Below, one piece after another: positions 53,051 through 64,000 of a stretch of DNA of 64,000 bases. Origin of the DNA: Trichoplax adhaerens. Taxonomy: Eukaryota > Animalia > Placozoa. The stretch lies in the NCBI RefSeq assembly GCF_000150275.1, contig NW_002060964.1:958267-1022266 (forward strand). The letters are read 5' to 3'. How positions within the stretch are numbered: position 1 is the stretch's first letter; each line of letters opens with the position of its first letter. A model generated the notes under the pieces. The model was not told the origin of the DNA. It searched no databases and saw only the letters and a list, made by a program, of their open reading frames with translations. Position numbers and translations under genes: made by a program.

Positions 53051-55032
53051 TACTGTAGAACCATATTAAGGATATTGTCTTTTAACGATATTAATCTCTT
53101 CTACAGTTATCCTGATTTCATCATGTAGTTAATCTGGTAGAAATCGAAACCTATAGAACAGCGAAACCACTTCAACTTATTTTTTGCTTATTATTTCGAA
53201 TATACACATACATTCGAAATAAATGACATGCAGCAAAACGGAAAATACTCGTATATCGCTCACCTGGCGAACTTTAACCGGAAATAATTAAAGCTTGCTC
53301 TTAACTAATACAAAATATGTAATGACCATCAACAAGACCCGTTAAATTATTACAATCTTATAATAGTAAACTATAATAATTTAACTATTGATACTTGACT
53401 GAATTATGTCCCAAAAATGGACAATAATTACAATACTTTTTATCGCCTTCCATTAATTTAAAGTTCCCACCGATGAACATAAGTCAACTTTATTTTATAC
53501 ATGTCGTATCTTCCTTACCTTCTGCAATAACTTTGAAAACTTATCAAAACTGAGAATTTAATACTATCATTGTACGATTTCGTACTAACATTTATGGGAT
53601 CTTAACGAATCTAGATTGTCTTGACTAGTAGAGGCTGATCTAAAAGTTCATTCAACTCTTTATTTCTTTATAATACACTAAAATAGAAATACGTTTTATT
53701 TAATTATGATTGAATAAAGCATAAATATAATAGTGCAAGTTTTCTTTTCTTCAATAATCAAAAATGATTAACGTGTACTACTGAGCTAATAATACATGAT
53801 ACTGGTAATTAAAAAACGAAATATTGGAATGTAATGTTTGAATCTAACTTTGGGTCAATAAATACTCAACAGAATTGCAAAGGTATATTTCTTACACATA
53901 AACTGATACCTGCCAACCTACTCCTTAGCATACTTTATAGAAGACATTTAAAATTATTAGACATCATCTAGCTATGCATCTTCTTGAAGGTATAGAAGTG
54001 ATTGCTAATTTTCTATTATATCTAGCTCTATTTTATGCTCCCAATTGAAATCCTAATTGATTCTAAGCATCCACGACACTATACTGTACATGAGTGGTTA
54101 TCAATCGATTTTCTAGCAGGTATTATAGGCCAGAAATAAGCAGAAACTATCAATTTACTGTGATGATAATCATATCTTATAATGCAATTAAACTCCGATA
54201 ACTATGTATTCAAAGATTGAGATCATCTTCGGGCTAATTAAGTCTTATAGCTGTTACTAATAGTATTTGATACTTCATTTTATTAATGAATAAAGTTTAG
54301 CTCATAGCCAAACTTTAATCGGTATAAGCCCGATTAATAAACGATCAGATTGAAAACTTCGATATTCTTCATACTTTCTCCTTCAAAGCATTTATAATTT
54401 TTCTCATTCGCTTCGTTCTACATGCTTAAAAGTAACTTCAAAATAAAGTAATATCAACTATCCGTTTAGCCTATACATTCTATTTACTTTAAAAATAGAT
54501 GACTTACGTTACAAAAATTGGTAATAATTTAGCAGTATCTTCTAACATTGTACAAAAGTACGATAAGAACAAAGAGCAATTAAATCAACGCTTATTTAAC
54601 ATTGCGATGATATTTTACATTTGCTTTCGACTTTTCAGAATATCATTAGCAATACCATCTATCAATGAGTAACAATGGATAAATAAGTAAATAGTAGTAA
54701 AGGGGAAATAACTTAATTAAACATAAGAAGTTGATGTCAAATACTACTAACAGATGTTACAGCTGACAAATTTAAAGCATTAATTCACTTAAGATAATTA
54801 CAAGACGGCTTAGGCATTAGTAGCCCCTAACTTAGGTTATAACAATAAAATTAGGTGAATTTCTTTCAATCGTTAAACGTATCTCAAACTCAATTCAGTC
54901 GAGAAACGTTAGATTCCAATCAAGTATTAACAGACTCGATCACTCTGAACGAAGCTCTCTACGGTCAAATAGGCATATTTATTCGTATGAACGTTTAGCT
55001 ACAGATGTAGATTAAAAACATACTCATCGACT

Positions 55033-55992
55033 ATGTATAATAATACTACTCACACACAATCGCAAGAAATTTCTATTTATTTAATTATTCAGTTTTGCCT
55101 TGCTACATTGACATTGATTAGCAATATCGCTCTAGTGGTGATTGTGGCGTTGTCTAAAAATTTACACGATCAATCGTATAACTTTATTATTAATGTATCT
55201 ATATCTGATATTATTTCATCGATCATACAGTATACATATGCCATTATAGCAATCCCAACTGTTTCAATATCTAGACCTGTTGTTGCAGTGGTATGTCGAT
55301 TAGCATATGGAGTTTTGGTTACATCGACTAATACCTCTATTACAAGTTTAACTATGATAAGTATCTATCGATTAAAAATCGTTACTTGTCCGTTAATATT
55401 TCGAAAAACAATCATTGTTAAGCATTGTAATAAGTTTATTATACTATCGTGGCTTGTAAGCGCCGTGTTCGCTATCCCCGCTTTCCTAATAGGAACATAT
55501 AATCCAGCGACAAAAAACTGCGACGTTGGCTTCCCTTATGGTAAAATCTTCAACGTTGTCTATTTTTCGATTACCTTGCCATTCATTTACTTGATTCCGG
55601 GAATAATAATGTTAAAGAATTATAGGCGTATCGCAACCAGTCTATCCTCTCAAATATCCGATAACATTGCTGTAGCTCATGACTGCGAAGCCTCCATTAA
55701 TCGTACAAGGAGCGTTATTCGAATTTTTATCATTGCGACACTAGCACAAATATTAATGACATTGCCCTATATTATATCTTCCTTGACTTATGCGATACTC
55801 AATCAGAGCCAATATCAGGTAGTCGCTGATGATAATCTCCAATTTTTTGTAATGTGGTCATCGTTTGTGATTAATAACGCATCCTACTTGGTAAATCCGT
55901 TTATGTTCTTGGTTTTCGATAAAAATGTTAAAGTTACAGCGCATGATTTATGTCTTCAAATTCATAATAGTTGTAATAATATGAAATCATGA
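55033..55992 (+). CDS. Class A orphan GPCR, intronless, paralog 2
   Basis: 319 aa, colinear without gaps with paralog 1; ISIYRL and NPFMF motifs. Confidence 0.93.
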   Translation: MYNNTTHTQSQEISIYLIIQFCLATLTLISNIALVVIVALSKNLHDQSYNFIINVSISDIISSIIQYTYAIIAIPTVSISRPVVAVVCRLAYGVLVTSTNTSITSLTMISIYRLKIVTCPLIFRKTIIVKHCNKFIILSWLVSAVFAIPAFLIGTYNPATKNCDVGFPYGKIFNVVYFSITLPFIYLIPGIIMLKNYRRIATSLSSQISDNIAVAHDCEASINRTRSVIRIFIIATLAQILMTLPYIISSLTYAILNQSQYQVVADDNLQFFVMWSSFVINNASYLVNPFMFLVFDKNVKVTAHDLCLQIHNSCNNMKS

Positions 55993-57498
55993 GTAATTTA
56001 TCGAACTAGATATATCAGATATGGTATCATTTTTCACTAGACACTTAGTCTTAAATAGCTTGTATACTTTTTATAGCTTTAATTGCTATATAACTGTTAT
56101 TCTGAAATGGATCGAATTACAGCTATAGTAACGTTGAAGTGGAATAATGATAGAGAACCTACTCACTATTAACAGGGTTATCTCTTCCTTATTTTAAAAC
56201 GGAACAAATTACCACTGTAATAGCTTCGATACAAAATCAAGTTAGAGTACTTGCTCAATATCTGTAGAGTTGATGATTATCCAATAGTTATTCTAAAATT
56301 AAATGAGCCGAATGACTACTATAATTACTTTTATACGAAATAATGTTAGAGTACATGCTCATCATTAATAGAGTTAATAGTTATCGAATCCTTATTCTAG
56401 AGCTAGATCAAATTACTACTACAATGACTTTGAAACGAGATAATGTTAGATCTCTTACTTACTATTGATAGAGTTAACGGTTATCTAATTATTACTCTAA
56501 AGTAGAATAAATAACTACTATAATAACGCGATACGAAATAATGTCAGAGAACTTGCTTACTATTTATGCTGTTAATGGTTATCTAATCGCTACTTTCAAA
56601 TGGATCAAATGACTGCCATGGTAACTTTATTATACTAATGAACGGAAATATGTTCTGTACTAAGCAATACATTGAAAGAAAACTCGTAACTAGATTATCT
56701 TACTATACATACTTCCTAGATAGGTACATTACTGGATCAAGTCCGTAGAATAAAAACATTATTATATTAGCTATTTGTTTTTGTTTTCAGTAAATGATCT
56801 AAAACATACATATTGCACATGTGCATTCTGTTCGCTTGTATAATTTTTATACCACGAAGGCTCAAAATAAAGTGCCAAGCTTTCATTTGAGTACGTTATT
56901 AAGTTATTAGCTCACATAATTACAATTTCAACCGGTTTTTATTCTTGTAGACGGCGATATTATTTATATTAATGCGTAAAATTGTATATTTCTGACATTT
57001 TTCAAATGCTACAATCAGAGGATTTCAGAATAAACTATGTTATCAGCGTAAGGGCTGCTGTCTTCAGCTAATTGTGCGTTTAAGCTAAATTTTTAACATT
57101 ATGCACATTATGCATGCGGCTAAGAGCAACATATCGTTGACCATTAGGAAAAAATAATCGATCTAAATATAGTCCAATTTTATTCGATGTTTACCCTTGT
57201 GATTTATTAGCAGTAATAGCAAATACTGGTCTAACTGGAAATTGCTTTCGCTATATATGAAAGGGATACATTTGTTTAGCTATATAATATTATTACTTTA
57301 TATCCTAGAACATATGAGCTGTTTCCAATACACTTTATTGGGTAGTGTTGAATCATTAAACAGTAACATAAGGTTTATTATAAAGCAAATTCTATTAAAA
57401 TTGATATACATTACGACGTGAAAATGATATTTTACAGTCATTCCGGTTATATCATATACTTAATCTAGTAAAAATCGTAATCTATAGAACAGTGAAAC

Positions 57499-57956
57499 TG
57501 TAGTGTTTACTTCTAAATACGGTATAGTCTATTTTTAGTAAAAGTCAATTTCCACTAGATTGTAGCATAACTCTAAATATGTATAATTTATATTTAACAA
57601 AATACTCTGTGGAAATCGCTTTGAATCTAGCTCAATTATATCGTAGCCCTGTCTTAACATAGAAGTAACATATTCTTATTAGTCTTTTATGATTTCCTCC
57701 TGCTGTGCTTCATACATTATAAAAGCTATCTTCTTTCACCTATCTCGTTAGTTAGTTCTGCTAGTTACACGGTAAGCTTGCACGCTTTACCTATGCTACA
57801 TTACTATAGCTATTCGACTGGTCACGTCGTTATACACGCTGTAATCTCACACGGTTTTTCCTTTGCACTAATTCCAATAAACTCTATTCCTCTACTAAAT
57901 TAACTCTGGTAATTTACTGTGATCATGACGAATCCACAATCTTCCGAAACATCACA
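57499..57956 (+). mobile_element. Solo LTR (458 bp), TSD GAAAC
   Basis: GAAAC|TGTAGTGTTT...AAACATCACA|GAAAC. The empty site CAGCGAAACCACTT is at ~53159-53172. TATAAAAG at ~57718 and AATAAA at ~57876. Confidence 0.88.
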
Positions 57957-57961
57957 GAAAC

Positions 57962-60660
57962 CACTTTAACTTATTTACTTTATTATTTCGAGTATACGCG
58001 TACGCTTGTAATAAATGGCATACAGCAAACGGAAAATACTCGTATATCGCTTGTCTGGCGAACTGTAACTAGAAAAAATTAAAGCACACTCTTTACCAAT
58101 ACGCAATCAGTAAAAATTGTCATATGAAATATAAAATTGATATAAAATCAGTCATTATAAGCCTGATTAATAAATGATCGGATTTAGAACTTGAATATTG
58201 TTTGTACTTTTTACCTGGAGTTATTTAAGATACTTACTCATTCTATTCAATGTATACGTTTAGAAATACTTTCACCTAAAGCTGGATTAATTGATCTATA
58301 CGTTCTATTTATATTAAAGGTAGATAATGTACGTTATAAAAATTGTTAATCATTTAATGTTACTTGCTAATATTATAAAGGATACCGATGTGAAAATTTA
58401 TTTAATCCTCTATTTCTTTATAATATACAAATGGAACAAGAATAGAAATATTTTTGTTTAATTGTGATTGAATACCCAATACTGAATAAATATAATAATG
58501 CAATTTATTCAATAATCAGCATTGATGAATGTGTAGTTGTTACGGTATGAACTACCGTGAAGAAATAGCTATCTAAATTTGGTTAATATAATATAGTGAT
58601 ATTATATTACAACTAGTTATTTACTATAGGAATTACTCTAATTATAAATGTGTTACAGTAAATTTAATGCTGTGCTGTAATGTGCACTGAAATGATTCTG
58701 TGAATGGACATACTGTATTCCGACTGTGAAAAACCAGTTATCTCACCTAAGTATTTTTATAAGATTACTTGTGAATGTTAGCTGCTGTAGAAGGGTATAT
58801 AAGCCCTTCAGATAGTTGAATAAAGCAGTTCTCAATTGTATAGTTGTTTTAACGTAGGATCAAAGGCGTCTAAATTCTTGTGAGGTAGTTAAGGGATACT
58901 GAATCCCGGAGACTATAGTAATTTAGAGATTTGTTTTACGTTATCCTTGTCACGAAGCTGGTTTGTGACAGTAGTACTGAGCTAATAATAAATGAAGCTG
59001 ATAATTAAAAAATGATGTATTGTAATGTAACGTTTGATTCTAATTTTGGGGCCAATAAATATTCAATAGTATGGAAGAGATATATTTCCTATTTATAAAC
59101 TTGTACCTGTCGATACCTTCTATAGAGTATTTACTGAAGAACAAATTTAAAATTAATAGGCAATCATTATAGCTATGCGTTGTGGGTATAAAATCGATTA
59201 ACTGCTAACTTCTACCGTATCTAGCTCTATTTTATGCTTTAAATTGAAATTAATTTCAAGCTCTCCAAGACATAATTCTGTACGTGAATTGTTATCCATC
59301 GATTTTCTAGTAAGTATTACAGGCCAAAGATAAGCAGAAACTAGCAAGTTACTGTAAAGAAAATCGTATCTTAGAACACAATTAAACTCTGATAACTACA
59401 TACCGAAAGATTGAAATCGTCTTCGAGTTAATTAAGCCTCATAGCCAGATAGAGAAGACCTATTCACCGTCAATTTTAGCAATGTTCCACATAGTTTATA
59501 ATGTATGTTCCACATAGATTATAAACTTCACAATATCTGTTCATAATAATGTGACACGAAATAATGGAAGAGAACTTGCTTACTCTTTATACAGTTAATA
59601 GTTATCTAATCGCTATTTTCAAATAGATCAAACTCTCTACTATGATAACTTTGCTATACTTTAGAGCCATGTTATCGATATTATTCTAAAATAATATCAA
59701 TAAATTATCCGTTTGAATGAATACAAACGTATTCTGCACAAAGAAACACATTAATTAAAGGAAATTTACAGCTAGGCTATTTTACTAAACGAGTATACGC
59801 TTCCGAGAAGGTACAATTAGAGATCAAGCCCATACAATAAGTATATTATTATTATATCTGTTTATTTTGTATTCAGTAAATGGTCTGGAATACAAAAATT
59901 TCTTATGTGTATTCTATTCGTCTGCATAGTCTTTACATCTTGACGACTTAAAATAAGGTGCTATGCTTTAATTTTTCTACGTTGTTATGTAAGAAACTTG
60001 TACAATTGCAACTTTACCCAATTTTTATTTTTATAAATAGCGATATTATTTATATCAATGCATAAAATAGTGTATTTCTGATATTTTTCAAATTAAATAA
60101 ATTACGTTATCAACATAATGACTGCTGTATTTAGCTAATGTGCATTTTTAGCTAAAATTTAACATTACTTAAGCTCGCATGTGGCTAAGAACAATGTATA
60201 GTTGACTATGAGAAAACATCGATCGGTCTAAATATAATTTAATTTTATTCAATGTTTGCTCTTATGATTTATTAGCAGTAATGGCAAACCTTGGCCTAAC
60301 TACAAATTTTGTTAGCTTCATATGGTAGGGATACGTTTGATCAGCTTTATAACATTATTACTTTATATCTTTAGAACACATGAGCTGGTTCTGATACAGT
60401 TTATTGCTTAGTGTTGAAACATCAGATAAATTACGTAAGGTTTATTACAAAGCGAATTCTCACAAACTTTAAATTTCATCATCCAATATTTTTCAGATTT
60501 TAATTCGAAAAATTAATTCTATAGTATTTCTAAATACTGTTGCATTTATAGATTCAATTTCTGAAATTATACAAAACTGATATAATATATGATGTGCAAT
60601 AATATTTTACAGTTATCGTGATTTATCATATACCATACTTAATCAAGAAGAAAATGAAAG
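57962..60660 (+). pseudogene. Fourth array unit whose GPCR CDS has been deleted
   Basis: The upstream flank (near-identical to 50500-50998) ends at ~59446. It joins directly to sequence homologous to the post-GPCR flank (GATAGAGAA.., compare 52655/56150 and 56520-57480). No GPCR coding remnant lies between them. Confidence 0.75.
58538..58970 (+). mobile_element. Solo LTR (433 bp), TSD GTAGT
   Basis: GTAGT|TGTTACG...TGTGACA|GTAGT. The empty site AATGTGTAGTACTGAG is at ~50520-50535. TATATAAG at ~58796 and AATAAA at ~58819. Confidence 0.92.
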
Positions 60661-61015
60661 CTGATGGGCAACGAGAGCTCTTGAACTTGTTTGCTTGCAA
60701 TTTCGAGTACACGCGTGCATTTAAAATAAATGACATGCAACAAATGGAAAATACTCGTATACCGCTCGTCTGGCGAACTTGAACTGGAAAAAATTAAAAC
60801 ATGCTGTTAATCATTACGCAATGTTCAATGGCTATTGCTAAGATTCGTTAAATTATTAGTGCCATAGCCAAACTTTAGTTGGTATAAGCCCGATAAACAA
60901 ATCATCAGACTTGAAACTTCAGTATTGACCATTCTTTCTCCTTGAAATCTTTTGTAATCCTTTCTTATTCTATTTATTCTCTACGTTTAAAAATAATTTG
61001 AAACTAAAGTAGGGC

Positions 61016-61577
61016 TGTGATGAAATCCGATCACAAAAAATTCCAAAGTTGTAGAAGATTAGAACTTTATTAGATCTAATACAAAGACTAGCTACACACA
61101 GCTCTACTTTAGTTAAAATACAAGTACTGAAAAACTTCTAGAATGAACAACAGATAATCTAATGTCTCCTGCTTTATACCTTCCGTAGCCTTCGCAGCTA
61201 CAATCAGCATAGCAACACTCTATCATATTTTGCACGTATTCAGCTTATTATTAGTCACAATATTTTACAACGAACCGCTATTAATCCAATATGGAAATGA
61301 TTACAGCATTTTCGTAGACATTATTCCTACCACTCAAAGTATAATGAACTAAGCACATCCTAATACATGATTTAAAATTCTATTTCTACCTCTAACCTTA
61401 TTAGTAGCTCAACATCTTTCTGTATATAGCCATCTGTACTCTAGCATAGAGTCTATCCTTACAGTCTATAATTATGGGCTACTAAATATATCATAAGATA
61501 AATATAGAAAAGACACTACTGTACTTCATACTAAACATGGCTAATAGTCTATAATTGCAATATTAAGCTACTTTACA
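61016..61577 (-). mobile_element. Solo LTR (562 bp), TSD AGGGC
   Basis: AGGGC|TGTGA...TTACA|AGGGC. It is absent from the paralogous flank at ~54445-54460. On the minus strand, TATAAA at ~61178 and AATAAA at ~61071. Confidence 0.85.
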
Positions 61578-62041
61578 AGGGCTAACTGTTCAATTGGTCT
61601 ATATACATGTACTCTATTTACTTCAAAAAGAACGACATACGTTATAAAAATTGACAATCATTTAACGTTACATTCTTATTACTGTCATTGTAATGCCTTT
61701 CATTAAGAATAACAACAGATAAATGATTATCTAATAGTAAAGAGAAATTAGCTCAATTAAGTATGACAAATTGATATGAAAACAATACTGCCAGATGTTA
61801 CCGCTATCAAGTTTCAAGCATTAATGTACTAGGGATAATTACAAGACGGCTTAGATTACAAGTGTAAAACTAGAAGAGTTCCCTTTCAATCGTTGAACGT
61901 ATTTCCAAAACTCAATTAATCAAGAAACGCTACGTCATAATCGAGTATTAACAGATTTAATCAATCCACAGTCAAATAGGCTTATTTAATCGTATAGAAT
62001 TTTAGCTATAATTGTAGATTAAAACATCCAACTCATCGATT

Positions 62042-63001
62042 ATGTTTAATAATACTACTCTTACACAATCGCAAGAAAATTTTGCTCTTATAGTTATCCA
62101 GTTTAGCCTTATTACGTTGACATTGGTTAGCAATATCGCTCTAGTAGGGATCGTGGCGTTCTCTAAAAATTTACATGATTTATCTTATAACTTTATTATT
62201 AATGTATTTATATCTGATATTCTCTCATCAATCATACAGTGTACATATGCCATTACAGCAATCTCAACCGCTTCAATATCTAGGCCTGTTAGTGTACTTA
62301 TATGTCGATTAGCATATGGACTTATGGTTACATCGGCCAACACCTCTATTGCAAGTTTAACTATGATAAGTATCTATCGATTAAAAATCGTCAGTTGTCC
62401 TTTAACATTTCGCAACACGATCATTTTTAAACATTGTACTAAGTTTATTATACTGTCTTGGCTTATGGGCGTCGTATTCGCTATCCCTGCTTTCCTAATA
62501 GGAGCTTATGATCCAGAAACGAAAGGCTGTGACATTGGCTTCCCTTATGATAAAGTCTTCAACATTGTCTATTTTTCGATTACTTTACTATTTGTCTACT
62601 TGATTCCAGGAATAATAATGTTAAGGAATTACAAACGTATCGCAATCTGTTTATCTTCTCAAATATCCGATAATACTGCTATAGCTCAAGACCGTAACGC
62701 TTCTATTAATCGCACAAGAACCGTTATTCGAGTCTTTATCATCGTGACAGTTGCACAAACATTACTGCCATTGCCCTATATTATATCTGTCTTAACTTAC
62801 TCAATACTCAATCAGAACCAATTTCAGTTACACGCTGATATTCCCCAACTTTCTGTAATCATCTGGCTATCGTTCGTTATCAATATAGCATCCTACCTAG
62901 TAAATCCATTTATGTTCTTAATTTTCGATAAAAATATTAGAATTGCAGCGCATGATCTATGTCTTCGAATTTATGATAGCTGTAGTTTTACGAAATCATG
63001 A
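62042..63001 (+). CDS. Class A orphan GPCR, intronless, paralog 3
   Basis: 319 aa, colinear with paralogs 1 and 2; ISIYRL and NPFMF motifs. Confidence 0.93.
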   Translation: MFNNTTLTQSQENFALIVIQFSLITLTLVSNIALVGIVAFSKNLHDLSYNFIINVFISDILSSIIQCTYAITAISTASISRPVSVLICRLAYGLMVTSANTSIASLTMISIYRLKIVSCPLTFRNTIIFKHCTKFIILSWLMGVVFAIPAFLIGAYDPETKGCDIGFPYDKVFNIVYFSITLLFVYLIPGIIMLRNYKRIAICLSSQISDNTAIAQDRNASINRTRTVIRVFIIVTVAQTLLPLPYIISVLTYSILNQNQFQLHADIPQLSVIIWLSFVINIASYLVNPFMFLIFDKNIRIAAHDLCLRIYDSCSFTKS

Positions 63002-63103
63002 TTAATTTATCAAATACAAACATCAGATGCGGTAACATTTTCATTAGACAGTTAGTCTTAAATAGCTTGCATACTATTTATAGCATTAATTACTATCCAA
63101 TCT

Positions 63104-63153
63104 NNNNNNNNNNNNNNNNNNNNNNNNNNNNNNNNNNNNNNNNNNNNNNNNNN
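63104..63153. other. Assembly gap (50 N)
   Basis: Run of N. Confidence 1.
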
Positions 63154-64000
63154 AGTGGATCTCATAGTGTACAGTACAGTACAGTGTTCCACCGTACTGT
63201 ACACTGTACAGTACGTGTACTGTACATTCAAGTACTGTAAGTGTACAAGCAACGACACTACAGTATAAATGGTGTACTGTTGATTTGCCTGTCCATCTCA
63301 TTGTGCTGTAGTTCGTGTCGAGTTGCAGCCTCGACCATTTTGTAAAGCAAGACTACAGTACAGTATAGTACAGTACAGTACAGTGTACAGTACCGCGTTC
63401 CACCGTACTGTACTGTACTGTACAGTGTACAGTACAGTAGAACAAACGACACTAGAAATGGTGTACAGTACTGTATACTGTAGTACTGTAGTGTTTGATT
63501 TGCCTGTCCATCTCATAGTGCTGTAGTTCGTTTCGAGTTGAAGCCTCAACACTCTTGTAAAGCAAGATTTGCCTGTTCATCTCATAGTGCTGTAGTTCGT
63601 GTCGTGAAGCCTCAACTACCTTGTAAAGCAAGACTACAGTACAGTGTACAGTGTACAGTACCGCGTTCCACCGTACTGTACTGTACTGTACTGTACAGTA
63701 CAACCAGCGACCCTACAAATGGTGTCGTTGGTTCAAGTATTTTCCCGCCAACATGCGCTGGAAATGTGATCGTAGTGTACAGTGTACAGTACGATCACTG
63801 CTACCAGCATACTGTAGCAGTCTGATGCTATGGGTACAGGAGGTCCAGTACAGTACAGTAGACTACAGTACAACTCAGGATAACTACAGTCCAGTGGTGC
63901 ACTGTAGCGAGGAGACTGTACCTCCTGCAGGAACAATGACAAGGGAATCCACTATTGCTGGAGGAGAGAAATGATCCAATCTTTTGTCCGCCTTGGCTCT
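63154..64000. repeat. Near-identical second copy of 12479-13315 (repeat array / Zwilch-like 5' region)
   Basis: Same orientation, offset 50675, with identical ORF translations in the track. Differences are seen only at ~63845-63915 (a 10-nt insertion and 3 substitutions). Confidence 0.97.

Larger units (their letters stand above)
49810..63103 (+). repeat. Segmental tandem duplication array (4 units) carrying the GPCR genes
   Basis: The unit-start motif AACTTATTT..TTATTATTTCGAGTATAC..AAATAAATG..AAAATACTCGTAT..CTGGCGA recurs at ~49815, ~53170, ~57965 and ~60680. Upstream and downstream flanks are alignable between units. Confidence 0.9.

Overview
AT-rich, intron-containing animal genomic DNA. 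The compact introns, gene set and divergent intronless GPCR expansion suggest a placozoan such as Trichoplax (inference, not verified). The left part holds conserved genes: an ADAM metalloprotease (+), WDHD1/AND-1 (-), a decayed Zwilch-like locus overrun by CAGTA/GTAC repeats with a tandemly amplified exon (-), RAD51AP1 (+), MRPL28 (+), a two-Tudor-domain protein (+) and a coiled-coil + LIM gene (-). The middle (~31.5-38.5 kb) is degenerate tandem repeats and pseudo-coding debris. It is followed by two intronless paralogous ~12-TM proteins that look like three CD20/MS4A-type 4-TM modules fused in tandem, and then PEX16 (+). The right part is a tandem array of three intact 319-aa class A GPCRs plus a fourth unit whose CDS has been deleted. 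Comparing the paralogous flanks reveals three unrelated TG...CA solo LTRs with perfect 5-bp target-site duplications, each ending in a 3' hairpin. One mini-element and one further LTR candidate at ~27 kb are also present. After a 50-N gap, a near-identical second copy of the 12.5-13.3 kb repeat locus begins. Exon coordinates were read by eye and may be off by a few bases.
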